The position numbers and the translations under genes are program-made. A DNA stretch of 64,000 nt from Auanema rhodensis (Eukaryota; Animalia; Nematoda). The notes beneath the pieces were generated by a model, which saw only the letters and a program-made list of their open reading frames with translations, made no database searches and was not told the origin of the DNA. The stretch covers positions 20,088,001 through 20,152,000 of the forward strand of contig OZ059900.1 of NCBI GenBank assembly GCA_964057225.1, read 5' to 3'. This document shows, piece by piece, positions 13,201 to 26,507 of the stretch (within the stretch, counting starts at the first letter, position 1; each line of letters begins with the position of its first letter).

Positions 13201-14703
13201 AACAGGGGTTAGAAAATTAAGGAAATTAGCATATTCTGAGGGCACGCCCCTTATGGCTAATATTGATTAAATCGATTTTTGTTCATATGAGTCGTCAAAT
13301 GCAACGAATTTCAGCGTGTTACATACTAAAATGAAGCATTTTACATGCTGAACACTAGAAAAATACAAAAACACAGTATTTCCCATGAGAAATATTTTAT
13401 TATGCTGGAAAACCAGTTTTTGGAAATTTCGCTGTAAACAAGGTTTTGACTTACGATTTCATGTGTTCAAACTCATGCAATGTCAATGAAACCTAGCTCA
13501 AAATTGTTCGTACAACGTCTAGTTCCACTTTCACGACAAAAAAACAGGGGTTAGAAAATTAAGGAAATTAGCATATTCTGAGGGCACGCCCCTTATGGCT
13601 AATATTGATTAAATCGATTTTTGTTCATATGAGTCGTCAAATGCAACGAATTTCAGCGTGTTACATACTAAAATGAAGCATTTTACATGCTGAACACTAG
13701 AAAAATACAAAAACACAGTATTTCCCATGAGAAATATTTTATTAAGCTGGAAAACCAGTTTTTGGAAATTTCGCTGTAAACAAGGTTTTGACTTACGATT
13801 TCATGTGTTCAAACTCATGCAATGTCAATGAAACCTAGCTCAAAATTGTTCGTACAACGTCTAGTTCCACTTTCACGACAAAAAAACAGGGGTTAGAAAA
13901 TTAGGGAAATTAGCATATTCTGAGGGCACGCCCCTTATGGCTAATATTGATTAAATCGATTTTTGTTCATATGAGTCGTCAAATGCAACGAATTTCAGCG
14001 TGTTACATACTGAAATGAAGCATTTTACATGCTGAACACTAGAAAAATACAAAAACACAGTATTTCCCATGAGAAATATTTTATTATGCTGGAAAACCAG
14101 TTTTTGGAAATTTCGCTGTAAACAAGGTTTTGACTTACGATTTCATGTGTTCAAACTCATGCAATGTCAATGAAACCTAGCTCAAAATTGTTCGTACAAC
14201 GTCTAGTTCCACTTTCACGACAAAAAAACAGGGGTTAGAAAATTAAGGAAATTAGCATATTCTGAGGGCACGCCCCTTATGGCTAATATTGATTAAATCG
14301 ATTTTTGTTCATATGAGTCGTCAAATGCAACGAATTTCAGCGTGTTACATACTAAAATGAAGCATTTTACATGCTGAACACTAGAAAAATACAAGAACAC
14401 AGTATTTCCCATGAGAAATATTTTATTATGCTGGAAAACCAGGTTTTGGAAAATTCGCTGTAAACAAGGTTTTGACTTACGATTTCATGTGTTCAAACTC
14501 ATGCAATGTCAATGAAACCTAGCTCAAAATTGTTCGTACAACGTCTAGTTCCACTTTCACGACAAAAAAACAGGGGTTAGAAAATTAAGGAAATTAGCAT
14601 ATTCTGAGGGCACGCCCCTTATGGCTAATATTGATTAAATCGATTTTTGTTCATATGAGCCGTCAAATGCAACGAATTTCAGCGTGTTACATACTAAAAT
14701 GAA

Positions 14704-17700
14704 ACATATTACATGCTGAACACTAGAAAAATACAAAAGCACAGTATTTCCCATGAGAAATATTTTATTAAGCTGGAAAACCAGTTTTTGGAAATTTCGC
14801 TGTAAACAAGGTTTTGACTTACGATTTCATGTGTTCAAACTCATGCAATGTCAATGAAACCTAGCTCAAAATTGTTCGTACAACGTCTAGTTCCACTTTC
14901 ACGACAAAAAAACAGGGGTTAGAAAATTAGGGAAATTAGCATATTCTGAGGGCACGCCCCTTATGGCTAATATTGATTAAATCGATTTTTGGTCATATGA
15001 GTCGTCAAATGCAACGAATTTCAGCGTGTTACATACTAAAATGAAGCATTTTACATGCTGAACACTAGAAAAATACAAAAACACAGTATTTCCCATGAGA
15101 AATATTTTATTATGCTGGAAAACCAGTTTTTGGAAATTTCGCTGTAAACAAGGTTTTGACTTACGATTTCATGTGTTCAAACTCATGCAATGTCAATGAA
15201 ACTTAGCTCAAAATTGTTCGTACAACGTCTAGTTCCACTTTCACGACAGAAAAACAGGGGTTAGAAAATTAAGGAAATTAGCATATTCTGAGGGCACGCC
15301 CCTTATGGCTAATATTGATTAAACCGATTTTTGTTCATATGAGTCGTCAAATGCAACGAATTTCAGCGTGTTACATACTAAAATGAAGCATTTTACATGC
15401 TGAACACTAGAAAAATACAAAAACACAGTATTTCCCATGAGAAATATTTTATTATGCTGGAAAACCAGTTTTTGGAAATTTCGCTGTAAACAAGGTTTTG
15501 ACTTACGATTTCATGTGTTCAAACTCATGCAATGTCAATGAAACCTAGCTCAAAATTGTTCGTACAACGTCTAGTTCCACTTTCACGACAAAAAAACAGG
15601 GGTTAGAAAATTAAGGAAATTAGCATATTCTGAGGGCACGCCCCTTATGGCTAATATTGATTAAATCGATTTTTGTTCATATGAGTCGTCAAATGCAACG
15701 AATTTCAGCGTGTTACATACTAAAATGAAGCATTTTACATGCTGAACACTAGAAAAATACAAAAACACAGTATTTCCCATGAGAAATATTTTATTATGCT
15801 GGAAAACCAGTTTTTGGAAATTTCGCTGTAAACAAGGTTTTGACTTACGATTTCATGTGTTCAAACTCATGCAATGTCAATGAAACCTAGCTCAAAATTG
15901 TTCGTACAACGTCTAGTTCCACTTTCACGACAAAAAAACAGGGGGTAGAAAATTAGGGAAATTAGCATATTCTGAGGGCACGCCCCTTATGGCTAATATT
16001 GATTAAACCGATTTTTGTTCATATGAGTCGTCAAATGCAACGAATTTCAGCGTGTTACATACTAAAATGAAACATATTACATGCTGAACACTAGAAAAAT
16101 ACAAAAGCACAGTATTTCCCATGAGAAATATTTTATTAAGCTGGAAAACCAGTTTTTGGAAATTTCGCTGTAAACAAGGTTTTGACTTACGATTTCATGT
16201 GTTCAAACTCATGCAATGTCAATGAAACCTAGCTCAAAATTGTTCGTACAACGTCTAGTTCCACTTTCACGACAAAAAAACAGGGGTTAGAAAATTAGGG
16301 AAATTAGCATATTCTGAGGGCACGCCCCTTATGGCTAATATTGATTAAATCGATTTTTGGTCATATGAGTCGTCAAATGCAACGAATTTCAGCGTGTTAC
16401 ATACTAAAATGAAGCATTTTACATGCTGAACACTAGAAAAATACAAAAACACAGTATTTCCCATGAGAAATATTTTATTATGCTGGAAAACCAGTTTTTG
16501 GAAATTTCGCTGTAAACAAGGTTTTGACTTACGATTTCATGTGTTCAAACTCATGCAATGTCAATGAAACTTAGCTCAAAATTGTTCGTACAACGTCTAG
16601 TTCCACTTTCACGACAGAAAAACAGGGGTTAGAAAATTAAGGAAATTAGCATATTCTGAGGGCACGCCCCTTATGGCTAATATTGATTAAACCGATTTTT
16701 GTTCATATGAGTCGTCAAATGCAACGAATTTCAGCGTGTTACATACTAAAATGAAGCATTTTACATGCTGAACACTAGAAAAATACAAAAACACAGTATT
16801 TCCCATGAGAAATATTTTATTATGCTGGAAAACCAGTTTTTGGAAATTTCGCTGTAAACAAGGTTTTGACTTACGATTTCATGTGTTCAAACTCATGCAA
16901 TGTCAATGAAACCTAGCTCAAAATTGTTCGTACAACGTCTAGTTCCACTTTCACGACAAAAAAACAGGGGTTAGAAAATTAAGGAAATTAGCATATTCTG
17001 AGGGCACGCCCCTTATGGCTAATATTGATTAAATCGATTTTTGTTCATATGAGTCGTCAAATGCAACGAATTTCAGCGTGTTACATACTAAAATGAAGCA
17101 TTTTACATGCTGAACACTAGAAAAATACAAAAACACAGTATTTCCCATGAGAAATATTTTATTATGCTGGAAAACCAGTTTTTGGAAATTTCGCTGTAAA
17201 CAAGGTTTTGACTTACGATTTCATGTGTTCAAACTCATGCAATGTCAATGAAACCTAGCTCAAAATTGTTCGTACAACGTCTAGTTCCACTTTCACGACA
17301 AAAAAACAGGGGGTAGAAAATTAGGGAAATTAGCATATTCTGAGGGCACGCCCCTTATGGCTAATATTGATTAAACCGATTTTTGTTCATATGAGTCGTC
17401 AAATGCAACGAATTTCAGCGTGTTACATACTAAAATGAAGCATTTTACATGCTGAACACTAGAAAAATACAAAAACACAGTATTTCCCATGAGAAATATT
17501 TTATTAAGCTGGAAAACCAGTTTTTGGAAATTTCGCTGTAAACAAGGTTTTGACTTACGATTTCATGTGTTCAAACTCATGCAATGTCAATGAAACCTAG
17601 CTCAAAATTGTTCGTACAACGTCTAGTTCCACTTTCACGACAAAAAAACAGGGGTTAGAAAATTAGGGAAATTAGCATATTCTGAGGGCACGCCCCTTAT

Positions 17701-20112
17701 GGCTAATATTGATTAAATCGATTTTTGGTCATATGAGTCGTCAAATGCAACGAATTTCAGCGTGTTACATACTAAAATGAAGCATTTTACATGCTGAACA
17801 CTAGAAAAATACAAAAACACAGTATTTCCCATGAGAAATATTTTATTATGCTGGAAAACCAGTTTTTGGAAATTTCGCTGTAAACAAGGTTTTGACTTAC
17901 GATTTCATGTGTTCAAACTCATGCAATGTCAATGAAACTTAGCTCAAAATTGTTCGTACAACGTCTAGTTCCACTTTCACGACAGAAAAACAGGGGTTAG
18001 AAAATTAAGGAAATTAGCATATTCTGAGGGCACGCCCCTTATGGCTAATATTGATTAAACCGATTTTTGTTCATATGAGTCGTCAAATGCAACGAATTTC
18101 AGCGTGTTACATACTAAAATGAAGCATTTTACATGCTGAACACTAGAAAAATACAAAAACACAGTATTTCCCATGAGAAATATTTTATTATGCTGGAAAA
18201 CCAGTTTTTGGAAATTTCGCTGTAAACAAGGTTTTGACTTACGATTTCATGTGTTCAAACTCATGCAATGTCAATGAAACCTAGCTCAAAATTGTTCGTA
18301 CAACGTCTAGTTCCACTTTCACGACAAAAAAACAGGGGTTAGAAAATTAAGGAAATTAGCATATTCTGAGGGCACGCCCCTTATGGCTAATATTGATTAA
18401 ATCGATTTTTGTTCATATGAGTCGTCAAATGCAACGAATTTCAGCGTGTTACATACTAAAATGAAGCATTTTACATGCTGAACACTAGAAAAATACAAAA
18501 ACACAGTATTTCCCATGAGAAATATTTTATTATGCTGGAAAACCAGTTTTTGGAAATTTCGCTGTAAACAAGGTTTTGACTTACGATTTCATGTGTTCAA
18601 ACTCATGCAATGTCAATGAAACCTAGCTCAAAATTGTTCGTACAACGTCTAGTTCCACTTTCACGACAAAAAAACAGGGGGTAGAAAATTAGGGAAATTA
18701 GCATATTCTGAGGGCACGCCCCTTATGGCTAATATTGATTAAACCGATTTTTGTTCATATGAGTCGTCAAATGCAACGAATTTCAGCGTGTTACATACTA
18801 AAATGAAACATATTACATGCTGAACACTAGAAAAATACAAAAGCACAGTATTTCCCATGAGAAATATTTTATTAAGCTGGAAAACCAGTTTTTGGAAATT
18901 TCGCTGTAAACAAGGTTTTGACTTACGATTTCATGTGTTCAAACTCATGCAATGTCAATGAAACCTAGCTCAAAATTGTTCGTACAACGTCTAGTTCCAC
19001 TTTCACGACAAAAAAACAGGGGTTAGAAAATTAGGGAAATTAGCATATTCTGAGGGCACGCCCCTTATGGCTAATATTGATTAAATCGATTTTTGGTCAT
19101 ATGAGTCGTCAAATGCAACGAATTTCAGCGTGTTACATACTAAAATGAAGCATTTTACATGCTGAACACTAGAAAAATACAAAAACACAGTATTTCCCAT
19201 GAGAAATATTTTATTATGCTGGAAAACCAGTTTTTGGAAATTTCGCTGTAAACAAGGTTTTGACTTACGATTTCATGTGTTCAAACTCATGCAATGTCAA
19301 TGAAACTTAGCTCAAAATTGTTCGTACAACGTCTAGTTCCACTTTCACGACAGAAAAACAGGGGTTAGAAAATTAAGGAAATTAGCATATTCTGAGGGCA
19401 CGCCCCTTATGGCTAATATTGATTAAACCGATTTTTGTTCATATGAGTCGTCAAATGCAACGAATTTCAGCGTGTTACATACTAAAATGAAGCATTTTAC
19501 ATGCTGAACACTAGAAAAATACAAAAACACAGTATTTCCCATGAGAAATATTTTATTATGCTGGAAAACCAGTTTTTGGAAATTTCGCTGTAAACAAGGT
19601 TTTGACTTACGATTTCATGTGTTCAAACTCATGCAATGTCAATGAAACCTAGCTCAAAATTGTTCGTACAACGTCTAGTTCCACTTTCACGACAAAAAAA
19701 CAGGGGTTAGAAAATTAAGGAAATTAGCATATTCTGAGGGCACGCCCCTTATGGCTAATATTGATTAAATCGATTTTTGTTCATATGAGTCGTCAAATGC
19801 AACGAATTTCAGCGTGTTACATACTAAAATGAAGCATTTTACATGCTGAACACTAGAAAAATACAAAAACACAGTATTTCCCATGAGAAATATTTTATTA
19901 TGCTGGAAAACCAGTTTTTGGAAATTTCGCTGTAAACAAGGTTTTGACTTACGATTTCATGTGTTCAAACTCATGCAATGTCAATGAAACCTAGCTCAAA
20001 ATTGTTCGTACAACGTCTAGTTCCACTTTCACGACAAAAAAACAGGGGGTAGAAAATTAGGGAAATTAGCATATTCTGAGGGCACGCCCCTTATGGCTAA
20101 TATTGATTAAAC
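14704..20112. repeat. 4-mer higher-order repeat, 4 copies, period 1368 bp
   Basis: T113G at 14992, 16360, 17728 and 19096. C324T, A28G+T103C, T40G+A51G+T103C and T234A monomers follow in fixed order. Confidence 0.93.
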
Positions 20113-23100
20113 CGATTTTTGTTCATATGAGTCGTCAAATGCAACGAATTTCAGCGTGTTACATACTAAAATGAAGCATTTTACATGCTGAACACTAGAA
20201 AAATACAAAAACACAGTATTTCCCATGAGAAATATTTTATTATGCTGGAAAACCAGTTTTTGGAAATTTCGCTGTAAACAAGGTTTTGACTTACGATTTC
20301 ATGTGTTCAAACTCATGCAATGTCAATGAAACCTAGCTCAAAATTGTTCGTACAACGTCTAGTTCCACTTTCACGACAAAAAAACAGGGGTTAGAAAATT
20401 AAGGAAATTAGCATATTCTGAGGGCACGCCCCTTATGGCTAATATTGATTAAATCGATTTTTGTTCATATGAGTCGTCAAATGCAACGAATTTCAGCGTG
20501 TTACATACTAAAATGAAGCATTTTACATGCTGAACACTAGAAAAATACAAAAACACAGTATTTCCCATGAGAAATATTTTATTATGCTGGAAAACCAGTT
20601 TTTGGAAATTTCGCTGTAAACAAGGTTTTGACTTACGATTTCATGTGTTCAAACTCATGCAATGTCAATGAAACCTAGCTCAAAATTGTTCGTACAACGT
20701 CTAGTTCCACTTTCACGACAAAAAAACAGGGGGTAGAAAATTAGGGAAATTAGCATATTCTGAGGGCACGCCCCTTATGGCTAATATTGATTAAATCGAT
20801 TTTTGTTCATATGAGTCGTCAAATGCAACGAATTTCAGCGTGTTACATACTAAAATGAAACATTTTACGTGCTGAACACTAGAAAAATACAAAAACATAG
20901 TATTTCCCATGAGAAATATTTTATTATGCTGGAAAACCAGTTTTTGGAAATTTCGCTGTAAACAAGGTTTTGACTTACGATTTCATGTGTTCAAACTCAT
21001 GCAATGTCAATGAAACCTAGCTCAAAATTGTTCGTACAACGTCTAGTTCCACTTTCACGACAAAAAAACAGGGGGTAGAAAATTAGGGAAATTAGCATAC
21101 TCTGAGGGCACGCCCCTTATGGCTAATATTGATTAAATCGATTTTTGTTCATATGAGTCGTCAAATGCAACGAATTTCAGCGTGTTACATACTAAAATGA
21201 AGCATTTTACATGCTGAACACTAGAAGAATACAAAAACACAGTATTTCCCATGAGAAGTATTTTATTATGCTGGAAAACCAGTTTTTGGAAATTTCGCTG
21301 TAAACAAGGTTTTGACTTACGATTTCATGTGTTCAAACTCATGCAATGTCAATGAAACCTAGCTCAAAATTGTTCGTACAACGTCTAGTTCCACTTTCAC
21401 GACAAAAAAACAGGGGTTAGAAAATTAGGGAAATTAGCATATTCTGAGGGCACGCCCCTTATGGCTAATATTGATTAAATCGATTTTTGTTCATATGAGT
21501 CGTCAAATGCAACGAATATCAGCGTGTTACATACTAAAATGAAGCATTTTACATGCTGAACACTAGAAAAATACAAAAACACAGTATTTCCCATGAGAAA
21601 TATTTTATTATGCTGGAAAACCAGTTTTTGGAAATTTCGCTGTAAACAAGGTTTTGACTTACGATTTCATGTGTTCAAACTCATGCAATGTCAATGAAAC
21701 CTAGCTCAAAATTGTTCGTACAACGTCTAGTTCCACTTTCACGACAAAAAAACAGGGGTTAGAAAATTAGGGAAATTAGCATATTCTGAGGGCACGCCCC
21801 TTATGGCTAATATTGATTAAATCGATTTTTGTTCATATGAGTCGTCAAATGCAACGAATTTCAGCGTGTTACATACTAAAATGAAGCATTTTACATGCTG
21901 AACACTAGAAAAATACAAAAACACAGTATTTCCCATGAGAAATATTTTATTATGCTGGAAAACCAGTTTTTGGAAATTTCGCTGTAAACAAGGTTTTGAC
22001 TTACGATTTCATGTGTTCAAACTCATGCAATGTCAATGAAACCTAGCTCAAAATTGTTCGTACAACGTCTAGTTCCACTTTCACGACAAAAAAACAGGGG
22101 TTAGAAAATTAAGGAAATTAGCATATTCTGAGGGCACGCCCCTTATGGCTAATATTGATTAAATCGATTTTTGTTCATATGAGTCGTCAAATGCAACGAA
22201 TTTCAGCGTGTTACATACTAAAATGAAGCATTTTACATGCTGAACACTAGAAAAATACAAAAACACAGTATTTCCCATGAGAAATATTTTATTATGCTGG
22301 AAAACCAGTTTTTGGAAATTTCGCTGTAAACAAGGTTTTGACTTGCGATTTCATGTGTTCAAACTCATGCAATGTCAATGAAACCTAACTCAAAATTGTT
22401 CGTACAACGTCTAGTTCCACTTTCACGACAAAAAAACAGGGGTTAGAAAATTAAGGAAATTAGCATATTCTGAGGGCACGCCCCTTATGGCTAATATTGA
22501 TTAAATCGATTTTTGTTCATATGAGTCGTCAAATGCAACGAATTTCAGCGTGTTACATACTAAAATGAAGCATTTTACATGCTGAACACTAGAAAAATAC
22601 AAAAACACAGTATTTCCCATGAGAAATATTTTATTAAGCTGGAAAACCAGTTTTTGGAAATTTCGCTGTAAACAAGGTTTTGACTTACGATTTCATGTGT
22701 TCAAACTCATGCAATGTCAATGAAACCTAGCTCAAAATTGTTCGTACAACGTCTAGTTCCACTTTCACGACAGAAAAACAAGGGTTAGAAAATTAGGGAA
22801 ATTAGCATATTCTGAGGGCACGCCCCTTATGGCTAATATTGATTAAATCGATTTTTGTTCATATGAGTCGTCAAATGCAACGAATTTCAGCGTGTTACAT
22901 ACTAAAATGAAGCATTTTACATGCTGAACACTAGAAAAATACAAAAACACAGTATTTCCCATGAGAAATATTTTATTATGCTGGAAAACCAGTTTTTGGA
23001 AATTTCGCTGTAAACAAGGTTTTGACTTACGATTTCATGTGTTCAAACTCATGCAATGTCAATGAAACCTAGCTCAAAATTGTTCGTACAACGTCTAGTT

Positions 23101-25139
23101 CCACTTTCACGACAAAAAAACAGGGGTTAGAAAATTAGGGAAATTAGCATATTCTGAGGGCACGCCCCTTATGGCTAATATTGATTAAATCGATTTTTGT
23201 TCATATGAGTCGTCAAATGCAACGAATTTCAGCGTGTTACATACTAAAATGAAGCATTTTACATGCTGAACACTAGAAAAATACAAAAACACAGTATTTC
23301 TCATGAGAAATATTTTATTATGCTGGAAAACCAGTTTTTGGAAATTTCGCTGTAAACAAGGTTTTGACTTACGATTTCATGTGTTCAAACTCATGCAATG
23401 TCAATGAAACCTAGCTCAAAATTGTTCGTACAACGTCTAGTTCCACTTTCACGACAAAAAAACAGGGGTTAGAAAATTAGGGAAATTAGCATATTCTGAG
23501 GGCACGCCCCTTATGGCTAATATTGATTAAATCGATTTTTGTTCATATGAGTCGTCAAATGCAACGAATTTCAGCGTGTTACATACTAAAATGAAGCATT
23601 TTACATGCTGAACACTAGAAAAATACGAAAACACAGTATTTCCCATGAGAAATATTTTATTATGCTGGAAAACCAGTTTTTGGAAATTTCGCTGTAAACA
23701 AGGTTTTGACTTACGATTTCATGTGTTCAAACTCATGCAATGTCAATGAAACCTAGCTCAAAATTGTTCGTACAACGTCTAGTTCCACTTTCACGACAAA
23801 AAAACAGGGGTTAGAAAATTAGGGAAATTAGCATATTCTGAGGGCACGCCCCTTATGGCTAATATTGATTAAATCGATTTTTGTTCATATGAGTCGTCAA
23901 ATGCAACGAATTTCAGCGTGTTACATACTAAAATGAAGCATTTTACATGCTGAACACTAGAAAAATACAAAAACACAGTATTTCCCATGAGAAATATTTT
24001 ATTATGCTGGAAAACCAGTTTTTGGAAATTTCGCTGTAAACAAGGTTTTGACTTACGATTTCATGTGTTCAAACTCATGCAATGTCAATGAAACCTAGCT
24101 CAAAATTGTTCGTACAACGTCTAGTTCCACTTTCACGACAAAAAAACAGGGGTTAGAAAATTAAGGAAATTAGCATATTCTGAGGGCACGCCCCTTATGG
24201 CTAATATTGATTAAATCGATTTTTGTTCATATGAGTCGTCAAATGCAACGAATTTCAGCGTGTTACATACTAAAATGAAGCATTTTACATGCTGAACACT
24301 AGAAAAATACAAAAACACAGTATTTCCCATGAGAAATATTTTATTATGCTGGAAAACCAGTTTTTGGAAATTTCGCTGTAAACAAGGTTTTGACTTACGA
24401 TTTCATGTGTTCAAACTCATGCAATGTCAATGAAACCTAGCTCAAAATTGTTCGTACAACGTCTAGTTCCACTTTCACGACAGAAAAACAGGGGTTAGAA
24501 AATTAAGGAAATTAGCATATTCTGAGGGCACGCCCCTTATGGCTAATATTGATTAAACCGATTTTTGTTCATATGAGTCGTCAAATGCAACGAATTTCAG
24601 CGTGTTACATACTAAAATGAAGCATTTCACATGCTGAACACTAGAAAAATACAAAAACACAGTATTTCCCATGAGAAATATTTTATTATGCTGGAAAACC
24701 AGTTTTTGGAAATTTCGCTGTAAACAAGGTTTTGACTTACGATTTCATGTGTTCAAACTCATGCAATGTCAATGAAACCTAGCTCAAAATTGTTCGTACA
24801 ACGTCTAGTTCCACTTTCACGACAAAAAAACAGGGGTTAGAAAATTAGGGAAATTAGCATATTCTGAGGGCACGCCCCTTATGGCTAATATTGATTAAAT
24901 CGATTTTTGTTCATATGAGTCGTCAAATGCAACGAATTTCAGCGTGTTACATACTAAAATGAAACATTTTACATGCTGAACACTAGAAAAATACAAAAAC
25001 ACAGTATTTCCCATGAGAAATATTTTATTATGCTGGAAAACCAGTTTTTGGAAATTTCGCTGTAAACAAGGTTTTGACTTACGATTTCATGTGTTCAAAC
25101 TCATGCAATGTCAATGAAACCTAGCTCAAAATTGTTCGT

Positions 25140-26507
25140 ACAACGTCTAGTTCCACTTTCACGACAAAAAAACAGGAGGTAGAAAATTAGGGAAATTAGC
25201 ATATTCTGAGGGCACGCCCCTTATGGCTAATATTGATTAAATCGATTTTTGTTCATATGAGTCGGCAAATGCAACGAATTTCAGCGTGTTACATACTAAA
25301 ATGAAGCATTTTACATGCTGAACACTAGAAAAATACAAAAACACAGTATTTCGCATGAGAAATATTTTATTATGCTGGAAAACCAGTTTTTGGAAATTTC
25401 GCTGTAAACAAGGTTTTGACTTACGATTTCATGTGTTCAAACTCATGCAATGTCAATGAAACCTAGCTCAAAATTGTTCGTACAACGTCTAGTTCCACTT
25501 TCACGACAAAAAAACAGGGGGTAGAAAATTAGGGAAATTAGCATATTCTGAGGGCACGCCCCTTATGGCTAAAATTGATTAAATCGATTTTTGTTCATAT
25601 GAGTCGTCAAATGCAACGAATTTCAGCGTGTTACATACTAAAATGAAGCATTTTACATGCTGAACACTAGAAAAATACAAAAACACAGTATTTCCCATGA
25701 GAAATATTTTATTATGCTGGAAAACCAGTTTTTGGAAATTTCGCTGTAAACAAGGTTTTGACTTACGATTTCATGTGTTCAAACTCATGCAATGTCAATG
25801 AAACCTAGCTCAAAATTGTTCGTACAACGTCTAGTTCCACTTTCACGACAAAAAAACAGGAGGTAGAAAATTAGGGAAATTAGCATATTCTGAGGGCACG
25901 CCCCTTATGGCTAATATTGATTAAATCGATTTTTGTTCATATGAGTCGGCAAATGCAACGAATTTCAGCGTGTTACATACTAAAATGAAGCATTTTACAT
26001 GCTGAACACTAGAAAAATACAAAAACACAGTATTTCGCATGAGAAATATTTTATTATGCTGGAAAACCAGTTTTTGGAAATTTCGCTGTAAACAAGGTTT
26101 TGACTTACGATTTCATGTGTTCAAACTCATGCAATGTCAATGAAACCTAGCTCAAAATTGTTCGTACAACGTCTAGTTCCACTTTCACGACAAAAAAACA
26201 GGGGGTAGAAAATTAGGGAAATTAGCATATTCTGAGGGCACGCCCCTTATGGCTAAAATTGATTAAATCGATTTTTGTTCATATGAGTCGTCAAATGCAA
26301 CGAATTTCAGCGTGTTACATACTAAAATGAAGCATTTTACATGCTGAACACTAGAAAAATACAAAAACATAGTATTTCCCATGAGAAATATTTTATTATG
26401 CTGGAAAACCAGTTTTTGGAAATTTCGCTGTAAACAAGGTTTTGACTTACGATTTCATGTGTTCAAACTCATGCAATGTCAATGAAACCTAGCTCAAAAT
26501 TGTTCGT
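25140..26507. repeat. 2-monomer (684-bp) duplication, M75-76 = M77-78
   Basis: C214G at 25353/26037 and T92A at 25573/26257 are seen only here. Confidence 0.88.
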
